DNA of 32,000 nt from Aciduliprofundum boonei T469 (GTDB lineage Archaea; Thermoplasmatota; Thermoplasmata; Thermoplasmatales; Aciduliprofundaceae), in the NCBI RefSeq assembly GCF_000025665.1, contig NC_013926.1, positions 990,001-1,022,000 of the forward strand. The letters are read 5' to 3'. The notes under the pieces were generated by a model that was not told where the DNA came from, ran no database searches, and was given only the letters and a program-made list of their open reading frames with translations. This document shows positions 15,721 to 24,575 of the stretch, piece by piece (positions within the stretch are counted from its first letter, which is position 1; each line of letters begins with the position of its first letter). The translations under genes were made by a program, and so were the position numbers.

Positions 15721-16413
15721 TTACAGCTCTTTCAGGATGTCCTCTTTCTTCCTCTTGTAATCTTCCTCGCTTATCAGCCCGTCATCCAATAGTTCTTTCA
15801 AGCCCTTTAACCTCTCCTTTACTTCCATCTGGACACTTTGCTTTTGTTTTTGTTGCTGGACATTCTTTTGCTGTTGGGCTTTCTTTTGTTGCTTTGCTAA
15901 CTTCCTCATCTCCCTTTCGTATTCTTCTTCCGCCCAGAGTTGATATACCATGGGATGTGTGATGTATATCTCAAACGCTACCTCAAAGGCAAATGCCGTT
16001 GTGAAAAAGAGGTAAACCCAGAAAAATGTAGCTATCGCAGTGTGTAAATCATTAATTGGGCTCGCAAAATAATCGAAATTTCCGCTCCAATACACTATGA
16101 GGTAGAGGGATGCCAGAGCCATCAGAACATACCCACCTGTGTTGCAGCACAACCTTGAAAACCACACTCTCTTTGACTTTCTCCAGAGAGCATACGGGAT
16201 GAAGTAAAGGTAGAGAACAAACGGAATGGCAATTGCGAAGAATATTAACTTGGAGAGTGTATTCCCACTTGAAAGTATATAGTGCCTAAACACTTGTGGG
16301 TTAAATGCATGCAACCCGTAAAGTCCCGTGAAGAAATAGAAAGCGAAAAATATTGCAAAGATTATGTCATAGTAGTATATGAACGCACCCAGATAATCCT
16401 TCTTCTTCGCCAT
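15721..16413 (-). CDS. Multi-pass membrane protein with Gln-rich linker and C-terminal SHOCT domain
   Basis: 230 aa with about 5 hydrophobic segments. The linker reads QQKKAQQQKNVQQQKQKQ. The C-terminal LKELLDDGLISEEDYKRKKEDILKEL matches the SHOCT pattern. Confidence 0.7.
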   Translation of the reverse strand: MAKKKDYLGAFIYYYDIIFAIFFAFYFFTGLYGLHAFNPQVFRHYILSSGNTLSKLIFFAIAIPFVLYLYFIPYALWRKSKRVWFSRLCCNTGGYVLMALASLYLIVYWSGNFDYFASPINDLHTAIATFFWVYLFFTTAFAFEVAFEIYITHPMVYQLWAEEEYEREMRKLAKQQKKAQQQKNVQQQKQKQSVQMEVKERLKGLKELLDDGLISEEDYKRKKEDILKEL

Positions 16414-16423
16414 CTACATCACC

Positions 16424-17269
16424 TCACAATACACCTCCGTAGATTATCGCTCCACCTTCCATCTTCGGTATCTCCCATTCTTCCTCATCCTTCATGTTTA
16501 TGTAAATTATCGCTTTCAAATCTTCATTGTTCAAAGTCAATTTCTCTGGATGTTCTCTATCCACCACAACAACCATTCCCTTTCCACGCTTGACATACCA
16601 GAACAGCTCTCCCTCAACCTTGTCAATCACCTTTCCATCCCTGTATAACTCAACGAAACCATAGATGTGCTTTTTGAGAACGGGTGGCATTTTGGGGTGC
16701 AACCTTATCATGTCTCCTTCCAATCCCTCACCGTCTTTCTTCATCCTTATCTCTCCCCTGTATTCTTTCACGGGATAACCCCAGCCAACAACTCTCAAAG
16801 TCCCGTTCTTCAACTCTACCTTGTCTATCAACCCCGCATGGAGCTTCCAGAGGGTCTCGTTATCAACCAAGTATCTCGCTTTCCTTGTGGATATGTGGTA
16901 GAATTCCTCATCCTCCGTTATCCACTCAAACCAATCGCTCTTTGCGAAGGTATCGTTTATGTGTATGACCTCGTAATTGATTTCTCCCCCGATTAACTTG
17001 TTCTTTACGAGGATTATTCCCTTTCCCGTCTCCAAAATCCCTTCCACATACGGCAGGTACTCTCCCACGAACACTCTCTTTCTCCAAGGTTCTACACAAT
17101 CCAAGCATACCAGAGATTCCATCTCTATGGTTCCGTAAATGAATGGGTCTTCGCCGTACCTTTGCGGTTTAATCGTTATTTTGCCACTCTTGAACACGAA
17201 CCCGCCAACCCAAACTACATCTCCTCTATACTCTCTCCAATCATACTCATCATAATACATTCTCACCAC
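16424..17269 (-). CDS. Hypothetical protein co-transcribed with the recombinase
   Basis: 281-aa ORF overlapping the 3' end of the recombinase gene by 20 nt. I recognise no motif. Confidence 0.65.
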   Translation of the reverse strand: MVRMYYDEYDWREYRGDVVWVGGFVFKSGKITIKPQRYGEDPFIYGTIEMESLVCLDCVEPWRKRVFVGEYLPYVEGILETGKGIILVKNKLIGGEINYEVIHINDTFAKSDWFEWITEDEEFYHISTRKARYLVDNETLWKLHAGLIDKVELKNGTLRVVGWGYPVKEYRGEIRMKKDGEGLEGDMIRLHPKMPPVLKKHIYGFVELYRDGKVIDKVEGELFWYVKRGKGMVVVVDREHPEKLTLNNEDLKAIIYINMKDEEEWEIPKMEGGAIIYGGVL

Positions 17270-17843
17270 CTCTAAATCCGCTCCATCCAGCAGTTCTTAC
17301 TTTTATTTCCTCCACATCCTCATCAGTGAAGGGTAGGTTTAGATAGTGGTTCATTGCAGTAATCGTAGTATGGCCTTGGGACATTGCTATCAAAGGCATT
17401 GCGTTTGGATAACTGACTACGAGCCAACTCTCCCATGTCTTGCGGAATGTTTTTACGCTTATATTCCCCAGCCCTGCTTTCTTTCCCCAGAAGGTTAGCA
17501 TGTTGTTTAGGGTTATTCTATCTGGCATTTTATCTACATACAGAATAAAATTCTCCACATGCGTTATTCCTTGCGTGGAGAGATAAACATACCTTTCCTT
17601 CATCGTTCTCTTCTTCTTTCTGGACGCTTCGGGAGGGAGATAAATGCTCCTCGTTTTCTTGTCAAACCACTCTGGATGTTTTTGAAACCTTTGCAATTCT
17701 ATGTATCTCATCCCCGTGTAGAGCAGGGCATTTATTATCTCCCTGTACCTGTATTTCAGGTCCTTGCGAAAGATTGTGTCAAGGAATGTGTCATATTCCT
17801 TTGGGCGCAGTATCCTTACACCATTCTTTATTATCGTTCTCAT
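17250..17843 (-). CDS. Tyrosine recombinase/integrase, catalytic domain only
   Basis: 197 aa. Arg box LLYTGMRYIEL. HxxR-like position KTFRKTW. C-terminal MSQGHTTITAMNHYL carries the candidate Tyr nucleophile. There is no N-terminal core-binding domain. Confidence 0.7.
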   Translation of the reverse strand: MRTIIKNGVRILRPKEYDTFLDTIFRKDLKYRYREIINALLYTGMRYIELQRFQKHPEWFDKKTRSIYLPPEASRKKKRTMKERYVYLSTQGITHVENFILYVDKMPDRITLNNMLTFWGKKAGLGNISVKTFRKTWESWLVVSYPNAMPLIAMSQGHTTITAMNHYLNLPFTDEDVEEIKVRTAGWSGFRGGENVL

Positions 17844-17885
17844 TTAAACATATATAATCCACTTTGGAAATAAAACACCTTCGTT

Positions 17886-18092
17886 TCGTTTATTTTAAAC
17901 GATACTAAAACTGCCCCTTCATTTATATACTCCATGGCTTTGAAAAGGCATTTATGGGGCTCTAATAGTGTCGTTTTATCTTTAAACGAAATCATTTATC
18001 CATTTATGCATTTATCTTGCTGTTGAAAATGGAGGAATGTAGGGAATTTATACCTCGTTTATTGGTTTATGAGGATAACAAGATTCATTTAT
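17886..18092. repeat. Iteron/palindrome cluster upstream of the recombinase gene
   Basis: Perfect palindrome TCGTTTA-TTT-TAAACGA at 17886-17902 and a related TCGTTT-N7-AAACGA at 17971-17989. Six copies of CATTTAT start at 17920, 17949, 17993, 18001, 18009 and 18086; three of them are in strict 8-bp tandem at 17993-18016. Confidence 0.6.
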
Positions 18093-18178
18093 CTATTTAT
18101 AAATGTAGATATGCAGATAATCTCAATGGCCAAAGTTATCATATTTAGCCCATAAGTTATCAGTAGAAAATAAAAAAA

Positions 18179-18832
18179 TCAAAGAAGTTTCTGGCGGAGT
18201 TGCTCGTAGTCTATCCCTGCTTTCTCGGCAAGCTTCTTCAATTCTCTCTCGGCATTCATTACTAAATCTCTCGCTCTCTCTTTCCACATTTCAAAGTTCT
18301 TTTTCACTTCTTCAATTCCTTGCTCGGATATCTCTAAAACTTCCAAAACATGCATTATTCTGCTCTTCATCGCATCTCCAAAGAACTTTTCATAGCTATC
18401 GTACATGCGTTTAAATTCGTTCTCTTCGCTGTGAAGGCATTTCAGGGACTTAATTATGCCATCCATGTCAATTAAGCCTCCCCTATTTACCCAATCTATT
18501 ATATCATTCTCTATTATGCCTTTGGCATACATTTCCACAGTTTTGGCATTTTCCCTTATGATTGCTGACATTTTTCTAACAACATCATCTTCTCCATCCA
18601 TTACCCGTATAAATGCGAGATTCGCATCCCAGTACTTGCTTGCAAGCCCGGACATGTGCGAGCCTGCAATCCAGCCAATTTGTTTTCCTTCGTAATGCTC
18701 TTTCCTTATGTAAAAGAACCATCTCAGCTCGTCCAGCTCCTCTTTCTCCTTGGATCCATACTTCACTCCCTTCTCGCTAGTAGGATAGCCCATCTTTCCC
18801 ACATATTCCCAAAATTTCTTTTCTTCATTCAT
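18179..18832 (-). CDS. Hypothetical protein
   Basis: 217-aa ORF with protein-like composition. I recognise no motif. Confidence 0.65.
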   Translation of the reverse strand: MNEEKKFWEYVGKMGYPTSEKGVKYGSKEKEELDELRWFFYIRKEHYEGKQIGWIAGSHMSGLASKYWDANLAFIRVMDGEDDVVRKMSAIIRENAKTVEMYAKGIIENDIIDWVNRGGLIDMDGIIKSLKCLHSEENEFKRMYDSYEKFFGDAMKSRIMHVLEVLEISEQGIEEVKKNFEMWKERARDLVMNAERELKKLAEKAGIDYEQLRQKLL

Positions 18833-18896
18833 TTTTCATCACCATGTTTGCCATTGTTTCCAATATTATTAAATTTATTGCCGAAATTATTCCGAT

Positions 18897-18924
18897 AAGA
18901 ATAAATACTGCCATGCCATTTATT
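18897..18924 (+). promoter_or_regulatory. TATA-like box embedded in an inverted repeat upstream of the HTH-CBS gene
   Basis: AATAAATA at 18900-18907 is centred about 27 nt upstream of the ATG at 18930. AATAAAT (18900-18906) and ATTTATT (18918-18924) form an inverted repeat around ACTGCCATGCC. Confidence 0.4.
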
Positions 18925-18929
18925 GTTTT

Positions 18930-19484
18930 ATGATACCATCTTTGAGTAGCATAAAGGAGCGAAGAAGAAGGCTGGGGTGGAGTCAAAAAGAGCTGGCAAA
19001 AAGGAGTGGAGTGTCACAATCAGCAATAACGAAGATAGAGAAGGGTGACATGAACCCATCTTACACGCTAGCGGTGAAGATTTTCAATGCCCTGGATGAA
19101 GGAGAGCGAGAGAAGTACAAGGGAAAGAAAGCAAAGGATTTGATGAACACTACTGTGATATCTTTATCTCCCAAGGATAGAGTGAAAAAAGCAAGAGAGT
19201 TGATGAAAGAGCACGGGATAAGTCAGATACCGGTGGTGGAGAGAGATAAGGTTGTGGGGATGATCACGGAGAATGATATTCTGGAGGGATACGAAAAGCA
19301 CGGAGCTGGGATAGTTGATCTCTTGGTTGAGGATGTTATGGGTCCTCCGCCAATTGCAGTGAGAAAAGATACGAGCATGGATGCCATTGTTGAGCTTTTG
19401 AAGCAGGAGCAGGCGTTGCTCGTCGTGGAGAATGATGAGCTCTTGGGAATAATCACCAAAGCAGACATAGTTTACAAGGGATGA
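18930..19484 (+). CDS. XRE-type HTH transcriptional regulator fused to a CBS-domain pair
   Basis: 184 aa. HTH LGWSQKELAKRSGVSQSAITKIEKG. Two CBS repeats, including ISQIPVVERDKVVGMITENDIL and ALLVVENDELLGIITKADIV. Confidence 0.85.
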   Translation: MIPSLSSIKERRRRLGWSQKELAKRSGVSQSAITKIEKGDMNPSYTLAVKIFNALDEGEREKYKGKKAKDLMNTTVISLSPKDRVKKARELMKEHGISQIPVVERDKVVGMITENDILEGYEKHGAGIVDLLVEDVMGPPPIAVRKDTSMDAIVELLKQEQALLVVENDELLGIITKADIVYKG

Positions 19485-19596
19485 AAGTTCGTGAAATATT
19501 TGATATATGACTTATCAAATGTTTCTCCGATGAACACACCAACAAATTTTTTAGGCACTCAATATGGAGAAAATTCGGTTAAGGAGGCGAGGTAGA

Positions 19597-19707
19597 ATGT
19601 TGACGGATTCCTTGATAGAAGGATATGTAAAAACGAGGGAGAAAGAATACCTAATGGCGTTAATGCAAGTTATGAGTGAAATGGAAATAAAGGAGTTTGC
19701 ATCGTGA
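19597..19707 (+). CDS. Possible small ORF (36 aa) upstream of the 189-aa gene
   Basis: The ATG at 19597 lies 9 nt after AGGAGG. The product reads MLTDSLIEGYVKTREKEYLMALMQVMSEMEIKEFAS, and the stop is 10 nt before the next gene. An in-frame upstream ATG at 19564 would give 47 aa. The ORF is below the track length cut-off. Confidence 0.3.
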   Translation: MLTDSLIEGYVKTREKEYLMALMQVMSEMEIKEFAS

Positions 19708-19717
19708 GGTGATGTGA

Positions 19718-20287
19718 ATGGACATGATAGATGTGTTTTTAGGGGTCATGCAAGTGGATGGCGGGGATGTAATCCTGCATTTCAATTGGGATGCCGATAC
19801 ACGGAATTTGATGGAAATACAAGAGGAATTTGAAATCGATGGAAAAATATACATAACTTTAGCTGCACCCTTGCAGGACATAGGAACCTTGAAAGATTAT
19901 GGCATAATAAACAAAGGAAATAAAACCACATTCAACGATACGGTGAATAAAATTCTTGAAAGATGGAACTTCTTTAAAGAGAAATTGAAAAATGGAGAAA
20001 TAGAAATGCAAATACTCGCAGAAAATCCATTCATTGTAATAGACGATGATAAAAGATTCGCTTTTTTCTTGTTTTACAATATAATATTCCTTGCAGAGAT
20101 AATTGGAAAGTATAGAAGAAAGGAGACATACAAAAAATTGAGAATACGATTCTCATCCCTTGAGTACGGAGAAGGAGAATTGGATGGCACGATTAAATTG
20201 AAAGTAAAAGAAATTGACACCACCGATAACGAGGAACTATCTTCAGCATTAGTAGAAGCAGTATTGAAAGAAGAGGGAGATATATAA
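19718..20287 (+). CDS. Hypothetical protein
   Basis: 189-aa ORF preceded by GGTGATG. I recognise no motif. Confidence 0.65.
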   Translation: MDMIDVFLGVMQVDGGDVILHFNWDADTRNLMEIQEEFEIDGKIYITLAAPLQDIGTLKDYGIINKGNKTTFNDTVNKILERWNFFKEKLKNGEIEMQILAENPFIVIDDDKRFAFFLFYNIIFLAEIIGKYRRKETYKKLRIRFSSLEYGEGELDGTIKLKVKEIDTTDNEELSSALVEAVLKEEGDI

Positions 20288-20572
20288 TGGTATTTCGTGA
20301 ATAGAGGCATTGAGAGTTTAATTATTATGTTTTCACTTTCAGAATTATCTTTTAGGAAGTTAATATTTACATATATAATGTGGGGTTCTACTATTCATAA
20401 ATACCCCCAGATTTTAAGTTAGCTAGTGACATTTATTTTCACATGTCAATCTGTAGCGCTCTTTAACCAAGATAATATCTCTTATCGCCCTAGAGTTTAT
20501 AGCTTCTTCAATTAGTGCATGTTAATTAAATGTTAATCATATTCATATATTCTGTTTATTATTACGCGTATC

Positions 20573-20821
20573 ATGGATGCTAAATTATTAGCATTTCTAA
20601 AGGACGGTAAGTACAGAATTAAAACATTGGAGTTACTATATAAAAAGCCAAGACTTTCCAGCGAGTTGGCCACTTTATTGAACATAAATAGGGCATCTAT
20701 GAGTAGGATTCTAAGTGATCTAAAGAAGAAGGATCTCGTCGAATCTACATCCGATGGAACTAGAACTGTTGTTTATACTATTACAGAAAAGGGGAAAAAA
20801 TGTCTGGAGGAGTTAAAATGA
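20573..20821 (+). CDS. Small winged-helix transcriptional regulator (ArsR/MarR-like)
   Basis: 82 aa. RLSSELATLLNINRASMSRILSDLKKKDLVES, then a wing TRTVVYTITEKG. Its stop overlaps the ATG of the next gene (ATGA at 20818-20821). Confidence 0.75.
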   Translation: MDAKLLAFLKDGKYRIKTLELLYKKPRLSSELATLLNINRASMSRILSDLKKKDLVESTSDGTRTVVYTITEKGKKCLEELK

Positions 20822-22002
20822 GTAATGTAAATGGGAGAATACTAAATCAAAATGGAGGTAATATAATGTTAAATGAGAAGAGAAAACTAAAGAATAAAGC
20901 AATTGATTTCTTAAAGAGTTTTGGTGAAACAGATGAAGATAAAAGAAAAATAGAAGCAAAGTTCAGAAATATAAATGGAAAAACAGGTAGATACAATGTT
21001 CCTGATGATTTATGGCAAAAAAGAACGGCTAGAAAAAATAGAGTCTTAATTTCATGGAAGACTGTGAAAAAGAACGGTCTTACTTTAGAACAACTTGAAA
21101 CTTTTTACGGAGGTGTAGTTGTAGAATTTATTAACGATGATTACTTCAAAGAAGATCCAGATGATGAACTATTCAACAAACTTAAAAGTAGATTAGGTTC
21201 GGATGAGATAGTATCATCTATGATATCTATTAGAAATGAGGATGGTACATCTTCTTCACAAAAAGAAAGGGCGGCTATGGAAAAATTAGAAAAAGAATTC
21301 CCGGATTACAAAGAACATATAATAAAAAGAAAAGGAGGTGTGAGATATCGCGGTACAGGTAATGATGTTTGGGAAGGTTTTATCTACTATTCAATCAAAG
21401 GTGGGCAGCAAGATACCAGGAATGCATATGACGAAACAGGAATTAAACCCCCTCAACTATTTAATCCGGCCTCTGAGTATGCCAATGAAGAGGTATCGTT
21501 AGACATTGATCTTGTTTTGATTTATTTTGCAATGTTTAGTATAGATAAAGATTCTCTTGACACTCAAAAGAGAGATAAGTATGAGATGCTACTAAAAAGA
21601 TTGGAATATGTATTGGAAAATACTGAATATGATGAAGGAAACCTTTTGGAATACTGCAGAAATCACCCTAGTTTACTTTTGGATGAGGGGAAATTGTATG
21701 ATCCAATCCAAGTAGAAGAAATAAAAATTACTGATTTTGCAATTGATGACAAGAATGATCCACGCTCTATAGACATTGCTCACGATGAGGCAGTTAATAA
21801 AGAGAAATATTACTTTGACAAAAAACATGGGTGTATTTTAACCGCTGCTAGACCAACAAATCTCTTCTGGTCAAGGCATTCCTCCAACATGATGCAGCAA
21901 AATTACACTTTAGAGGAGTACTTTATGAAAGAAGAAGAAAGAGTAAAAAAGCGAAAAGAGAAGCTCAATTATAACAAATCAAAAAAGTTTTTATATGATT
22001 AA
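20818..22002 (+). CDS. Putative restriction endonuclease (possible HNH / beta-beta-alpha-Me type)
   Basis: About 394 aa from the ATG at 20818; the track start at 20800 is also possible. The C-terminal IDIAHDEAVNK...PTNLFWSRHSSNMMQQN has H...N...N spacing reminiscent of His-Me finger nucleases. It lies between a regulator and a DNA methyltransferase. Confidence 0.4.
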   Translation: MSNVNGRILNQNGGNIMLNEKRKLKNKAIDFLKSFGETDEDKRKIEAKFRNINGKTGRYNVPDDLWQKRTARKNRVLISWKTVKKNGLTLEQLETFYGGVVVEFINDDYFKEDPDDELFNKLKSRLGSDEIVSSMISIRNEDGTSSSQKERAAMEKLEKEFPDYKEHIIKRKGGVRYRGTGNDVWEGFIYYSIKGGQQDTRNAYDETGIKPPQLFNPASEYANEEVSLDIDLVLIYFAMFSIDKDSLDTQKRDKYEMLLKRLEYVLENTEYDEGNLLEYCRNHPSLLLDEGKLYDPIQVEEIKITDFAIDDKNDPRSIDIAHDEAVNKEKYYFDKKHGCILTAARPTNLFWSRHSSNMMQQNYTLEEYFMKEEERVKKRKEKLNYNKSKKFLYD

Positions 22003-22016
22003 TGTATATTTAACAT

Positions 22017-24575
22017 GTGATTAACATGATTAAAAGAAATAGCTTGGAAATAATCGAAAGTTTTTTACAGAGGTATAATATCAAATTAAATGTAAAAAGA
22101 TATCTCAAGAAATATTTGGTGGATTCAGATGAATATCAAGAGCTTCCAGATGATATAATTGATAGAATTATTGCTGATGGTTATAATCAAAACAGTGACC
22201 TTGTTAAAAAGATAGCTGAGTATTTTCTTAAAAAATACAATATTTATTTTGGAAGAATTCAAAAAGAGCAACTGAAAAAGTTTATAGATTATGGGTTTCA
22301 AAAAGATTTAGATATTTTAATTCAATTAATTCATCAAGACCTTCCAAAAGATTTGGATATACATAAAGAGATAGTAAAACTTATAAAGGATAATGGTCTA
22401 AAAAATGATCCTACTCCATATATAAATAATTTAAAGAATGCTATTAAAAAGAGAGATGAGAAACGTATTACCGATTATCTATTGTTTCTTTACTCTCGTT
22501 TAGTTAACCTAAATGAAAGAAAATATATGTCTCTATATTCTATATTCAAGGAAAATGAGGCAGAAATAAGAAAGGAACTTACTAATTTAGATTATCTTAA
22601 ATTAAAAGAATATTGTGACGATAAAACTAAATTAAAAAGGGAAGAAGCTGTCAAAAAATTTAATAGTGCGTATATGAATTTGCTTGAAAAAGAGAGCGGA
22701 GAAATAGAGAAAGCAGGATTGATTTATTTTGTGGTAGATCAAAAACTTTTTGACCATTTCAAAAATGAAAAAGATTTCTTCTCGTACCTTTTTGAATTGA
22801 TTAAAAAAGCATATTCTGAGTTGAAAAATCATAGAACATTAGCAATTAAGGTTCATAATATTTTTTCAAGAGGAATCAATATAAAATGGAAAATATATTC
22901 TTATTTAACAATTTATGCGGAAAAGTTTAGGAGAGAAAAAGAAAATAGAGGATACTACAAACCCTGGGAAATTTGTGAAGATGTATTAAAACACAAATTT
23001 AAAATCTATTTGAATGAGTATGATAGAAGAGTATTAACGGATTTTTATAAGAATGATCTTCCAAAAGGATATCTAAAAAGAAGTAAAAAGTTACAAAATA
23101 AAGAAGTTATAGAAACCATAGAGTTTTTCAAAAAAATTAACTATGGTTTTTCTTTTGAAGATTGTTTTATACTAAAAACAGATGAATTTACTAAAAATTC
23201 AAAGGGTATTGAATTTATAAAGAATGAAAATGAATTACTACTAATCTTTAATAAGCATCAATTTGATGATAGAAAAATTCCCTGCCCTGTGTGTGGAGGA
23301 TTAAAAATTTCAGGAAATTCATATCCTCAAATTGGAGTTAAAAGCTGGGAATGTAAAAATCCACTATGCGCTGCTAGAAGTAAAACAAATAGAGGAAAGA
23401 GATATTCCAAGAGATCTATATTAATGCAAGAAGCAGCCTTTGACTTTTCTAAGGAGAATCAAATACCAAAAGAGCTTATTAAGGTATGGAGAAAAGATGT
23501 GGTATTGGAGTGGAACTATAACTCACTGTATTCTATGTTGGTAAAATATTTTACTTTTGTTGGGGATAAAATAATTCTATTAAATGCAGAAAAGCCAAAA
23601 TTATTTAGTCTCATAGCATCAAAGGAGAAGCGAATACCACAAAATATGCAAACAAGAGATTTTTTAGATTTTTCTGTTAAAAATAGAAACGAGTTTGATG
23701 CTTTTTTCAATTCTCAATTTTTCAAATTATTTTTGTATAAAAAAGATGATTATAAATCTTCTAGTTTAAATTTGAATTTAAATATGGATAACAACAAGAT
23801 GAAGATAATTGTAGGTGATAGCTATAAGGTTTTAGAACTATTTAAGAACAAAATAACAAATATGGTTACTTCACCACCATATTATAATGCAAGGGAATAT
23901 TCTAAATGGGACAATCTATTTAATTATCTTAACGACATATATAACATTATTTTAAAGGCACATGATGCTTTAATTAAAGGTGGTGTGTTTTTTTATAATA
24001 TAGGTGATATTTTTGATAATGAGAATATAATTGTAAAATCAAAGATGGGTGAGAAAAGAATCCCCTTAGGTGCATATACTATTTTGATTTTTGAAAAAGC
24101 AGGTTTTGAGTTATTAGATGATATAATTTGGTATAAAGGTGAACCTCAAAGTAACAGGCATAAGAATGATGGAATGTACACACCTTACTATCAAAGACCA
24201 ACCAATTGTTATGAACATATGTTTATATTTAAGAAAGAGGGAGATGTAATCATAAATAAAGATAAGGATGAAATAAAAATAAAGAGTAACATTATTAAAT
24301 TTGCCCCTGTGGTTAAAATTGGTAAAGGTGGAGAGAATAGGTATGGGCATACTGCACCTTTTCCCAAGATGATCCCGTTACTATCTATTTCCACCTTTAC
24401 TAACCAAGGAGATATTGTACTAGACCCTTTCTCTGGTAGTGGTACAACACCAATAGTTGCATCTATAAATGGGCGTAAGGCTATAGGCATTGAAATTAAT
24501 AAAGAATATGCATTGCTTTCTATAAAGAAGGCAAAGGATGAAAACTTAGATGCTGAGTTAATAGATCTAAATTGA
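22017..24575 (+). CDS. Beta-class N4/N6 DNA methyltransferase domain fused to a ~590-aa N-terminal region with a zinc ribbon
   Basis: 852 aa. Motif IV TSPPYYN precedes motif I LDPFSGSGTTPIVA, and DIIWYKGEP lies between them. Zinc ribbon CPVCGG...CKNPLC. The start is either GTG 22017 or ATG 22026. Confidence 0.85.
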   Translation: MINMIKRNSLEIIESFLQRYNIKLNVKRYLKKYLVDSDEYQELPDDIIDRIIADGYNQNSDLVKKIAEYFLKKYNIYFGRIQKEQLKKFIDYGFQKDLDILIQLIHQDLPKDLDIHKEIVKLIKDNGLKNDPTPYINNLKNAIKKRDEKRITDYLLFLYSRLVNLNERKYMSLYSIFKENEAEIRKELTNLDYLKLKEYCDDKTKLKREEAVKKFNSAYMNLLEKESGEIEKAGLIYFVVDQKLFDHFKNEKDFFSYLFELIKKAYSELKNHRTLAIKVHNIFSRGINIKWKIYSYLTIYAEKFRREKENRGYYKPWEICEDVLKHKFKIYLNEYDRRVLTDFYKNDLPKGYLKRSKKLQNKEVIETIEFFKKINYGFSFEDCFILKTDEFTKNSKGIEFIKNENELLLIFNKHQFDDRKIPCPVCGGLKISGNSYPQIGVKSWECKNPLCAARSKTNRGKRYSKRSILMQEAAFDFSKENQIPKELIKVWRKDVVLEWNYNSLYSMLVKYFTFVGDKIILLNAEKPKLFSLIASKEKRIPQNMQTRDFLDFSVKNRNEFDAFFNSQFFKLFLYKKDDYKSSSLNLNLNMDNNKMKIIVGDSYKVLELFKNKITNMVTSPPYYNAREYSKWDNLFNYLNDIYNIILKAHDALIKGGVFFYNIGDIFDNENIIVKSKMGEKRIPLGAYTILIFEKAGFELLDDIIWYKGEPQSNRHKNDGMYTPYYQRPTNCYEHMFIFKKEGDVIINKDKDEIKIKSNIIKFAPVVKIGKGGENRYGHTAPFPKMIPLLSISTFTNQGDIVLDPFSGSGTTPIVASINGRKAIGIEINKEYALLSIKKAKDENLDAELIDLN

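Noticed and set aside
17844-18178. tRNA gene or att site next to the recombinase
   Set aside because: I read both strands and found no G/C-rich acceptor or anticodon stems, and no cloverleaf-compatible sequence. The other intergenic regions (1244-1352, 15543-15720, 20288-20572, 24576-24730) also lack tRNA-like sequence.
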